A DNA stretch of 64,000 bases from Octopus bimaculoides (Eukaryota), in contig NC_068985.1 in the NCBI RefSeq assembly GCF_001194135.2, positions 80,745,406 to 80,809,405 on the forward strand. The letters run 5' to 3'. The notes beneath the pieces are model-generated. The model made no database searches. It was not told where the DNA came from and saw only the letters and a list, made by a program, of their open reading frames with translations. This document shows, in pieces, positions 26,639 to 38,252 of the stretch; the stretch's first letter is position 1, and each line of letters opens with the position of its first letter. Made by a program: the position numbers and the translations under genes.

Positions 26639-26660
26639 CACACACACAGACACACATACA

Positions 26661-26702
<42 letters not shown>

Positions 26703-26779
26703 AACACATATATAGGGGAAGGCGTGATTATAGGCACAGGGGAAGTTATTGGTGCTGGCATGGTTATAGGCACTGGCAT

Positions 26780-26926
26780 GGCTGTGTGGTAAAAGGTTTG
26801 CTTCCCAACCACATGGTTCTGGGTTCAGTCCCATTACATGGCACCTTGGGCAAGTGTCTTCTACTATAGCTTCGGGCCAACCAAAGACTTGTGAGTGGAT
26901 TTGGTAGACGAAAACTGAAAGAAGCC

Positions 26927-26930
<4 letters not shown>
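26780..26930 (+). mobile_element. SINE family B head
   Basis: ggctgtgtggtaaaaggtttgcttcccaaccacatggttctgggttcagtccc... identical in layout to the other copies. Confidence 0.85.
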
Positions 26931-26966
<36 letters not shown>

Positions 26967-27543
26967 NNNNNNNNNNNNNNNNNNNNNNNNNNNNNNNNNN
27001 NNNNNNNNNNNNNNNNNNNNNNNNNNNNNNNNNNNNNNNNNNNNNNNNNNNNNNNNNNNNNNNNNNNNNNNNNNNNNNNNNNNNNNNNNNNNNNNNNNNN
27101 NNNNNNNNNNNNNNNNNNNNNNNNNNNNNNNNNNNNNNNNNNNNNNNNNNNNNNNNNNNNNNNNNNNNNNNNNNNNNNNNNNNNNNNNNNNNNNNNNNNN
27201 NNNNNNNNNNNNNNNNNNNNNNNNNNNNNNNNNNNNNNNNNNNNNNNNNNNNNNNNNNNNNNNNNNNNNNNNNNNNNNNNNNNNNNNNNNNNNNNNNNNN
27301 NNNNNNNNNNNNNNNNNNNNNNNNNNNNNNNNNNNNNNNNNNNNNNNNNNNNNNNNNNNNNNNNNNNNNNNNNNNNNNNNNNNNNNNNNNNNNNNNNNNN
27401 NNNNNNNNNNNNNNNNNNNNNNNNNNNNNNNNNNNNNNNNNNNNNNNNNNNNNNNNNNNNNNNNNNNNNNNNNNNNNNNNNNNNNNNNNNNATTTAAAAT
27501 AACACACAAAATCCGTTAGATTCACTTCAACATTTAAATTAAA

Positions 27544-27594
27544 TTTGTCAAAATATTTTCGTCGCTTTGAGACCACGACCTGTTCACTGACAAA
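27544..27594 (-). ncRNA. Hammerhead-like motif with G3-C8 compensatory core variant
   Basis: Minus strand: TTTGTCA-GTGAACA-G-GTCG-tggtctcaaag-CGAC-GAA-AATATT-T-TGACAAA. Stem I 7 bp, stem II 4 bp, palindromic helix III. Confidence 0.65.
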
Positions 27595-27606
27595 ATTCTG
27601 TGCTGC

Positions 27607-27724
<118 letters not shown>

Positions 27725-27781
27725 AGATACATTTTATATATATATATAAACGATACATATATTATACATTATATATCTGTA

Positions 27782-27814
<33 letters not shown>

Positions 27815-28154
27815 ATAAATAGATAGATGGTGAAGGCACATTGCTGAGTGATTTGAGCATTGCATCCATGCTCATAAGATCATGGTTTTGACTTTCATTT
27901 CACATTGCTCCTATCCATTCAGTTATAAATGGGTATTACTACAGAAGACCTGGGTGACATTGGCTTGTCAATCTAGCCAGTGTGGTTTCATCATCCAAAT
28001 ACTAGAGCAATGTGAGGTTGGTACAGTTATATATATTTTTAAGATTGCCTCTATAGATTTTCTATAGAATTCGGAGCCAGCACTGTAAGTTACAACATTT
28101 TGTAAACAAATATGTCCATGTAAACATTATTATCAAAACCATAAAAAATAGGTA

Positions 28155-28207
28155 ATGGGTGTATATGCATATTTCAAGAATTATTGTCCTCTCATCAGCA
28201 ACTCATC
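28155..28207 (-). ncRNA. Decayed hammerhead-like motif
   Basis: Minus strand: GATGAGTTG-CTGATGA-GAGGA-caataa-TTCTT-GAA-ATATGCATAT-A-CACCCAT. Canonical core, 10-nt palindromic helix III, imperfect stem I. Confidence 0.5.
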
Positions 28208-28454
28208 TAACCTATCATCTATCGATGAATGCATTGCTTAAATATCTAGTAGGTTTAGAGTTGTAACATAATTGGATAGCTTAATTTGCATATTAAAAAC
28301 ATTCCTGACAGCTGGTTCATATATTTAATTGATGGTAGGGCAACAATATTTTACCTTATAACCCTAATATTATAAATTTATAAGACAATATTGTGTCATG
28401 CTGTGTGTTATCTACATATATATACATACATATATATATATATATGTGTGTGTG

Positions 28455-28522
<68 letters not shown>

Positions 28523-29485
28523 TGTATATAAGATATATAAGATGTGTATGCATTGATATGTGCATGTATATATGTATGCAGGTGGTTAGTGTTAGGAAGA
28601 GCACGCAGCCATAAAAACCATGCCAAAACAGACACAGAAACCTGATGTAGTCTTCTGCTTAGCTGGCTCCTATCAAACTATCAAATCCATGCCAGCATGG
28701 AAGGCAAGCGTTAAACAATGATGAAAATGATGGTGATATATGTATGTGTGTATGTATTATGTATGTATGTATGTATACATGCATATATATTTATAACATT
28801 CACACACACGTTTGCAGCATGTGGTCAAGAATGTAAATATTTATGTATTTGTATTATTAACTGTCTAATTTATGAATGCAGGTCTGCTCTAACTTATTCT
28901 GAGCATGACACATTAATCTGTCCGTGTGTTTATATTCTCCCAGTCATTCAAGATAAATAGTAGACAATTTCCTAATATGTATAATGTGAAATAAACCTAT
29001 AGTGTATTGTATGATGTTGGGCTAATTACAAGTTGAGCTTAAGATATATTTATATGCATTTTAGTTTATCAGCTGTCATTGTGTGACAATAATTTCTTGG
29101 TAAGATTATTCCATACTTTAAGTTTACTCTAAACCTGAAGATTAATTTTTAATGAAGAAGAGATTACTCACACACTCACACACACACACATATGCACACA
29201 CAAACACTCTCGCTTCCATATACATGTATACTGACACACATGTATATATTCTATACTTTTGTCAATTCAATAGTATTTTAGTATCTTTATGGGCGTGGTT
29301 TGTAGAAACTCCTTTCTAACAGCTCCCCTTCATTTGATCTTGAGTTTAATATAGAATCTAATTAAAGACATCACTTGGAGATTCACAATTTACTACTGTA
29401 CACCCATGCATCCTTTTCATTTTCCTCTCCAAAAGCAGTCTGTAATAATAATATTAATAATAATGTTGATAATAATAATAATAAC

Positions 29486-29523
<38 letters not shown>

Positions 29524-30715
29524 GAATAAACAAATAAAAAACAAAACAAAAGCAATGTTTTAATAATTATTCAACCAGCTCCTTTTATCAATTCCCTTAA
29601 TGTATCCATACCATCATCTCAACCCTTTTATGCTATTCTGTTGGCATCTAAAATATTGTCATTATCCATTCCTGTTAAATATTCACCAATGAATTATGGG
29701 ATTGAATTTATTTCTGATTGCTGCATGAAGTGAACAGCCTAAACCAATGGGTTACGCCGACAATCTTGAAATGAAATTTCTCTGAAATTAGTTGTGATCA
29801 TATGCAACTTTTAAGCCTTTTCTCAGCTACTGTTATGATTTATGAATAGTTTTTCAGAATGAATTTTAATCAAGAGAGGCAATCTACCAAATTGAACTTT
29901 TCTGTTCCAATGCTTTCATTTTATGTTTAATGAACTAAACAGTATCAACGTTAATTACAAAATGTAATTGTCTGTGGTCATAATTTTAGAAAGTTAAATT
30001 ACAAAGAGAATTTACTCAGACATAAACATGCATATGCACACTTTGAGTTGATACCAAACTGGGGAAATTTTTACTCACAAAGAAATAATTTATTAAGGAA
30101 AAAAAATTGAAAATGCAATTAAATTTAACCAAAAAACTTAAAGAAAATGAAGATAGTTTTTTTTTTATTTTTAAGTTTACTTTGCTATGTTCAAACTCAC
30201 ATCAGTTACTCATGGTTTATGTAACACAAATTGATAAAATAAAATTATGTATTTATTTCTTTATTTATGTATTTATTTGTTTCTGTATAAAATTATTTCC
30301 TTTAGTAAAAAATACATAACTGTTACACATTTTCATGAAATTCTATGAAGAACTATACATAGAGACATAGCAGACTCTTGGCAAATTGAATATAAAACAA
30401 AGGCTGAATGTCTGTCTGTTCGAGCCATTTTTCTTCAGGCATGGGGTTTCTGGCTGAAGTCAATTGTCTGAAGATTAACTTTCCCTCAACACTCTATATT
30501 AAAATGAAGTCTTCAATAATGACTCTAATTCATTAAAGGTCAGGAAAAGTTTTCTATTTCATTGAATTGTTTGTCTAATTTTCAATGTTCTGCCAAAGAA
30601 TTTGTAAAAGATGAACAACAAAATGTCTTTAATGTTAACAACATTATGGACTTTCATATTTTGGGTCAAGCATTTTAAATAGATTTAGTGGGGAGATATC
30701 TTAGATATTGGACTA

Positions 30716-31280
30716 CAGTAATGCCTTGATATATGAGTTAATTTGTTCCTAGAGACTGCTTGTAAAGCAAAAACTCGTAAAGCAGAGCAATCATTTCCCA
30801 TAGTAGCAATGTTGTAAATCATAATTTGTTCCCAGATAAATATTTTATCTATAAAATTTATAATACTCGTAAATAAATGGCAAGAAAACAACAGTAGAAT
30901 GTAAAGAATGTTTTATGTAAAGTATAAAGAATGTCAAGATCATTTATAATAAAAAATATTATTATTGTAATCGTTTTTTGAATCATTTTCACTTGCACTA
31001 ATCATGCACACCATCACTTGTAGACGCGATCGCTGATTCACAAGCACTCGTAAATGGACTTGTAGATTTCTTTTCAAAAAACAAGTCTAGAGTTGTTTGC
31101 TTAGAAGAAGCTTTTTTTTTTGCTCTCTATGAATTTTTTGGTAACACACAGCAGTATTTGTTACAGTCGTAGAAACTTTTGCCCTTTGTTCAAAATTTGG
31201 ATCTTGTGCTTTAACCGTTTTGTATTAGTTATGATATAAAACTTGTAAACCCAGGATCTCGTAAAGTGACATGTTGGACT
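30716..31280. mobile_element. Probable Tigger/pogo-type non-autonomous DNA element
   Basis: Starts ta|cagtaatgccttgatatatgagtta; repeated actcgtaa sub-terminal motifs; right end decayed. Confidence 0.45.
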
Positions 31281-31526
31281 ACTTGCTCATTGAGCGTGCA
31301 TTTAAATCTAATGGAAATGCATTATTTGTTTCTAGGCATAATAATCCAATTTATATTACATTAGTTCCTCTATATTGTTGGAAGTAGGTATCAGATTATT
31401 CTGTAAAATGATGCCTGTGTTTTGGTTATGGAAAAGCCCATTCTTCATCTACTTCTCATCAAAAGGGAGCTAACTAATGACTCTTAAATTTGGGGAACCA
31501 TAAGCATTTACAGACTTCCACACACC

Positions 31527-31568
<42 letters not shown>

Positions 31569-31673
31569 GACACACACACACCAACACACACACACCACAC
31601 ACCCACACACCCACACACACACACAAACACACACAGAGACCAATATATACACATTGATAATAATAATGAGATT

Positions 31674-31950
31674 AGTCAGAAGAAATGAGAAATAATTATT
31701 TATATAGAGAAACAGAAAAATCTTCAGATTTTCTACGGAAATGAAAAGGAATGAAATGAAGTGAGCTATAATAAAATAATATACTTACATAATTACATTT
31801 AAGATATATTCTTATATAACAACATAAATGGGTTATTTTTGCCACTTCATTTCTTTCCGTTTCATTTCATTTCCTTGGAAAACTTGCAGGCTTTTCATGT
31901 TCCTATATAAATAAAATAAAATAAACAATACCTTCGTTTTTCTTCTGACT
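31674..31950. mobile_element. Decayed MITE-like fold-back element
   Basis: Imperfect inverted arms (agtcagaagaaa...tatttatatag...ggaaatgaaa...gaaatgaagtg versus their reverse complement at 31845-31950). Confidence 0.55.
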
Positions 31951-32573
31951 TTACTTTTTTACTGTAAATAATATACTATTCTGTAAACTACCTAGAACTT
32001 TTTATTTCTATGTATGCGTGTATGCTTGCATGTATGTATGTATGTATGTGTGTATGTGTGTGTTTATTTAATATGGCTCTCTTGAGTGTGAAACATCAAG
32101 TAATGGAAAGGTAGCCAACTGTAATGCACACATAGAAGCATATAGCTGTGTGTGTGTGTGTGTGCGTGTGCATGTGTGTGCATGTATGTGCAGGGATTTG
32201 GCAAAAGAGATCGATAAAATAAGTACCAAGCTTAAAAAAAAGTACTGGGGTTGATTCATTCAACTAAAAATCTTTCAAGGTGGTGCCCCAGGAAGGGGCA
32301 CTGCCTAGAAACAATTAAACTATAAAACAAGTGAAAGCTATAGATATATAAATTACATGGCACTACACAGGTACTTTTATGTGGAACTACATGGGCACTG
32401 TTATGTGGTGCTGCATGGGTGCTTTTATGTGGCACTGCCACAAGTGCTTTACATTGCCAGCAGGATTGGTCTTAACACCGCTGCTATGGGATACGGGTCT
32501 TCATGAGACACGAGGTGTCTCGGTCTTTTGTCGTCTTACCTGAAAGGTTCAGCTTCCTGATTGTATGTGTGTG

Positions 32574-32606
<33 letters not shown>

Positions 32607-32785
32607 TTGTGTGTGTGTTGTCAAGCAATATATTATTGATCATGACATAAATTGCTTGATATAAAAATATACCCACACAATTATTTTTATTGAGTATCCT
32701 TTTATATGACTTACAGAAAACTAACTGATAATATATATATATATATATATATATAGATATATATATATATATATATATACATATT

Positions 32786-32913
32786 TTGTTGTATTTGGGG
32801 ATGGCCGAAATACGATTAATGTAATATAAAGCTGAAGCAAATTAACACCAAATATATAGTGCGTGTGTTTTTATTGGCTAAACTGGCAACATGACCATCC
32901 CCAAATACAACAA
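32786..32913. mobile_element. 128-bp MITE-like element
   Basis: 21-bp TIR ttgttgtatttggggatggcc / gaccatccccaaatacaacaa (1 mismatch), next to (TA)n. Confidence 0.7.
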
Positions 32914-34094
32914 GACAGCGTCACTAGTGTTGATGCCATGGTAAAACACATTCAGTGAAGTGGTTGACAAATATACTGTGACAACCTATTTTTGAGAGTA
33001 ACTTTTTGTCTTGTTTTTTTTTGTACTAGTGTAATGAGAAAATTTGAAGATGTGACAATCTTTCTTGTTGGTGACATGAAGATATGCACCTAGTACATTA
33101 TATAAAGTGATTTGTGATAGAAAGCCAAAATTGAAAAGTGCAAGTGAGATGGGATGATCTAACCTACTTAGAAAGGCAGTAAATCTGAGCAAGAATTGAC
33201 TTGGACCTTGACATCTTGTCCAACTTATACCAGCATAGAAAACAAAAATAATCATGGAAAAAAAAATGATTATGATGATATATATTTGTGCATGTGTGCG
33301 TACTTGTAAATGTGCATGTGTGTCTGAATACACACATGCACATATATTATGTCTTGTGTCTTCACATAAATTTATGACTGCTACTGTTGAGTTAAGAACT
33401 CCATGTAGATTAACATCATCCAGTTTGCTTCCAATGTAGTGATTTAGCAATTACTAGACTTAGGAGTGTTACTAGTTATGATATACAAAGCAAATATAGA
33501 AAAAATTGTGCTTGTATGTGTGTGTGCACATAGTATGGGCAAATGGTTAAAAAGTTTGTTTATCAATCACAAGGTTCTGTGGCATCTTGGAAAAGTGCCT
33601 TTTATTACTATAGTTTCAGGTTGATCCATGCTTTGAGACTGAAATTGGGCAGACCAGAAACTATGTAGAACCCTGTCAGTTGAATGAAACTTGTAATTAA
33701 AATGTCCAGTTTTCTCACACAATGCCATGAAGAGTAAACCTGAAAATTACATTATTTGTATGTATGGAATACTCATCTACCTGCATAGTGAATAAAAGAA
33801 CTTGCTAGTTCAGGTGAACAACTATTAGAAAATTCATAGTTCAGACTGGTTCTTTATTTTATTATTTTATTGTCCCAGAAAAAAGTTTAAAGACAAAATC
33901 TCCTCCTCCTATTATCATTATGATTTTTAGATTTGTTATTCTATATTTCTGGGTTAAAATCCTGTCTGAGTTAACTGTGCCTTTCAACTTTTTACAGAGT
34001 CGATAAAATAAAATACCAGTTAAGTACTGACATTGATAATGTTGATTAAGAACATCCTCTTCTCAAAAATGTTGACTTGCATCTAAATTTCTGT

Positions 34095-34527
34095 CTGTTT
34101 TAAGCACAAGGCCTGAAAACTGCAGGGAAGTGATAGTCAATTATATCAATCCCAGTACACAACTGGTACTTATCGTATTGACCCCAGAAGGCAAAGTTAA
34201 CCTCAGTGGAATTTGAACTCAGAATGTGAAACCAGAAGAAATGCCACTATGCATTTTGTCTGGCATGCTGACATTTCTACCCGCTCACGACCTTGAACTT
34301 GATTCTAAATTAGAACTAATAGATATAGGCTTATGTTAGAAACAACAACGATGATAACAACAACAAAAAATTGACAGTGATGAAAATTTGGACACCATAT
34401 TACAAATGATAAATGTGAAGTTAAGTCTTTGTGTGTTTCTGAATGGCTAACATATTTTGTAAGCTGCAATCGTTTTAGTTTCAACACATGGTCCCAGCTC
34501 AAAACATTCACCATGCAAGTACACTTC

Positions 34528-34559
<32 letters not shown>

Positions 34560-34752
34560 TAATAATAATCATATTATTTCAAATTTTTGACACAAGGGCA
34601 TCTTGCAGGGAGGGGATTAAGTTAATTACATCAACCCCAATGTTTCACTGATACTTAATTTACTAACCCCGAAAGGATGAAAGGCATAGTTGACTTCGAC
34701 AGAATTTGAACTTAAGCATTTTACCCAGTGTGCTAACAATTCTGCCAGCTTG
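34095..34752 (-). mobile_element. Two SINE family A copies (about 34095-34295 and 34575-34752)
   Basis: Family core motif; the second copy is bounded by (TAA)n. Confidence 0.7.
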
Positions 34753-34829
34753 TCATGATAATAATAATAATAATAATAATGATAATAATAATAATAATAA
34801 TAATAATACTACTACTAATAATAATAATG

Positions 34830-35250
34830 GATACGAGGTTGTGGGTGCTTGGTACCAACATACACTGTATGGTAATGAACAAAAAGGGGAAGGCAAAAAT
34901 CCTCTAGGACTTTGACTTCCAGACAGACAAGGTGTTAGAGCATCAAAGGCTGGATATAGTAACCTTTAGGAGGGACAAACAAGAGTGCCTAATAATTGAC
35001 GTGGCAGAGCCAGGAGAGCAACATATCATCATGAAAGAAAGAGAAATAGTTGATAAATATGGAGACCTGAGAATTGAGATTGCTAAGATGTGACAGCTAC
35101 AAGAGTCAAACATAAAGATTGTCCCTGTTGTCATCAGAGCATTGGGTTCAATACCACCCAACCTGAAAAAAACATCTGGAGATTTTAGAAATACCCTATA
35201 ATCTAGATGTATTGCAAAAGTCAGCATTACTTGGAACTGCACGCATATTG
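34830..35250 (+). mobile_element. R4/Dong-like LINE endonuclease fragment between (TAA)n tracts
   Basis: DFQTDKVLEHQRLDIV...CLIIDVA...KYGDLRIEIAKM...IVPVVIRALGSIP...GTARIL. Confidence 0.8.
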
Positions 35251-35251
35251 T

Positions 35252-35302
<51 letters not shown>

Positions 35303-35317
35303 GTAATTATTATTATT

Positions 35318-35528
35318 ATCATTTTATGTTTGACTTTTGTTTTGCATTTGTACAAGTTGGATCCAAGTCTCACCCAGAGACCTCAAGAGACAACAAGTTA
35401 GAAGTTCATGTAGGTGTTATGCCTAGGGTACCATATATTTGGATTTGTACAGTTTTGTTCAAGTGAATGTTTAAGAAACCATAAGAAAATTATGTGTTTG
35501 CTTTAAAATTTGAGATCACATAGACAGT
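35318..35528 (-). mobile_element. 3' UTR of a second copy of the 6790-7355 R4/Dong-like family, running into a gap
   Basis: Reverse complement aligns with 7160-7355. Confidence 0.85.
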
Positions 35529-36339
35529 NNNNNNNNNNNNNNNNNNNNNNNNNNNNNNNNNNNNNNNNNNNNNNNNNNNNNNNNNNNNNNNNNNNNNNNN
35601 NNNNNNNNNNNNNNNNNNNNNNNNNNNNNNNNNNNNNNNNNNNNNNNNNNNNNNNNNNNNNNNNNNNNNNNNNNNNNNNNNNNNNNNNNNNNNNNNNNNN
35701 NNNNNNNNNNNNNNNNNNNNNNNNNNNNNNNNNNNNNNNNNNNNNNNNNNNNNNNNNNNNNNNNNNNNNNNNNNNNNNNNNNNNNNNNNNNNNNNNNNNN
35801 NNNNNNNNNNNNNNNNNNNNNNNNNNNNNNNNNNNNNNNNNNNNNNNNNNNNNNNNNNNNNNNNNNNNNNNNNNNNNNNNNNNNNNNNNNNNNNNNNNNN
35901 NNNNNNNNNNNNNNNNNNNNNNNNNNNNNNNNNNNNNNNNNNNNNNNNNNNNNNNNNNNNNNNNNNNNNNNNNNNNNNNNNNNNNNNNNNNNNNNNNNNN
36001 NNNNNNNNNNNNNNNNNNNNNNNNNNNNNNNNNNNNNNNNNNNNNNNNNNNNNNNNNNNNNNNNNNNNNNNNNNNNNNNNNNNNNNNNNNNNNNNNNNNN
36101 NNNNNNNNNNNNNNNNNNNNNNNNNNNNNNNNNNNNNNNNNNNNNNNNNNNNNNNNNNNNNNNNNNNNNNNNNNNNNNNNNNNNNNNNNNNNNNNNNNNN
36201 NNNNNNNNNNNNNNNNNNNNNNNNNNNNNNNNNNNNNNNNNNNNNNNNNNNNNNNNNNNNNNNNNNNNNNNNNNNNNNNNNNNNNNNNNNNNNNNNNNNN
36301 NNNNNNNNNNNNNNNNNNNNNNNNNNNNNNNNNNNNNNN

Positions 36340-36442
<103 letters not shown>

Positions 36443-36444
36443 AT

Positions 36445-36647
36445 TGGCAAGCTGGCAAAATCATTAGCATGTTGGGTAAAATGCTTAGCAACATTTTGTC
36501 CCTTTTCATATTCTGAGTTCAAATTCCACTGAGGTTGACTTTGCCTTTCATCCTTTTGGGGTTGATGAAATAAGTAACAGTTGAGGGTCAATGCAATCAA
36601 CTGAACTGCTCTCCAAAATTTCAGGTCTTGCACCTATAATAGAAAGG

Positions 36648-36719
<72 letters not shown>

Positions 36720-36915
36720 GAAGGTGGCAAGCTAGCGGGCAAAATGCTTAGTGGTATTTTACCCATTGCTATATTCTGAGTTCAAATTCTGCCAAAGTTG
36801 ACTTTGCCTTTCATTCTTTTGGGTCGATAAAATAAGTACCAGCTGAACGCTGGCGTTGGTGTAATTGACTCATCCCCTCCCCCTAAAATTGCTGCCCTTG
36901 TGGCAAAATTTAAAA

Positions 36916-36956
<41 letters not shown>

Positions 36957-37590
36957 GTTGTTATTATTATTATTATTATTATTCAGGTGGTGAGCTGGTG
37001 GAGCCATTAGCATACTGGACAAAATGCATAGCGGCATTTTGTCTGTCTTTACATTCTGAGTTCAAATTCCACCAAGGTCAACTTGGTGGTCAAATTCTGC
37101 CATGTCCCTATAGTAGAAAAAAAAAATTGTTATTAGGATGGTAAGCTGGAAGACTCTTTAGCACACAGGGTAAAATGCCTAGTGACAGTTCTTCTGTCTT
37201 TTAATTCTGAGTCCAAATTTCACCGAGGTCAACTTTACCTTTCATCCTTTTGGGATTAATAAAATTCGTAAATACCAATTGGGCACCGGGGCCAATGTAA
37301 TCAAATAGTCCCCTCCGCTAAAATTTCAGAAATGATTCTTCTTTTTCTTATTGTTGTTGTTGTTGTTGTATTATTAAGCAATGAACTGGCAGAATCATTA
37401 GCATGCTGGACAAAATGCTTAGTGACACATTGTCAGTATCTACATTCTGAGTTCAAATTCTGCTGAGGTCAACTTTGCCTTTCATCATTTTGGGGTAGTA
37501 GAATAAGAACTAGTTGAGTACTGGGATTGATGTAATCGGCTAACTCCCTCCCCAGACTTGCTGGCCTTGGGCCCAAAATTTGAAACCATT
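36445..37590 (+). mobile_element. Head-to-tail array of five SINE family A copies separated by (ATT)n/(GTT)n
   Basis: Copies at about 36445, 36722, 36985 (partial), 37137 and 37380, each with ttctgagttcaaatt...gaggtcaacttt. Confidence 0.85.
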
Positions 37591-38129
37591 ATGATTATCG
37601 TTATTACTGTTATTATTGGTATTATTTCTTGTTGATATTGTGTATGTCTCCCTATGAAACGGAACATTCTTTATGGGACTCATTACTTTTAATGAAACTT
37701 ATTAAAAAACTCAGGTGAAGCACTTTGTATCCTTTATTGTAAGTGGTCTATGTTCATATGGACAGGTAAACTCAGAAATAAACTGTATTTAGTTATATGT
37801 ATATGTTTAAGGGTAGAAATGATATGTGTTATATGTATGCATGTACAAAAGAAACATACAGAGGCTTGAGAGAGACTGACATCAGTTGCTATTTATATTT
37901 CATGACTGGTTGCCTGGGTTGAAATTGATATTCCTAATTTTGGTCTATATTGGCACATTAAAATGCATTTACATATTGCCATGAGGGCATTCAGAGTTTG
38001 TGTTAATGGAATCTGATATAAGATAATAAGATAAAATTATTACGTTATCCAGTTTAGATATGTAGCCTTTATTTATTACATGTTTCCCCTTTTATTTTGC
38101 TTCTATACCATATACAAACACACACACAC

Positions 38130-38252
<123 letters not shown>

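Noticed and set aside
30405-30445. Minus-strand CTGAAGAA...CTCGAAC motif
   Set aside because: A15.1 is missing and there is no stem II, stem III or stem I complementarity.
36445-37590. Regularly spaced repeats superficially like a CRISPR array
   Set aside because: Units are about 200-bp diverged SINEs separated by microsatellites, in a eukaryotic context with no cas genes.
37715-37765. Micro-exon candidates with AG/GT ends (also 6584-6712, 10635-10695, 41779-41820, 50460-50492, 58710-58770)
   Set aside because: Such matches are expected by chance in AT-rich DNA; they do not chain into a consistent recognisable protein.
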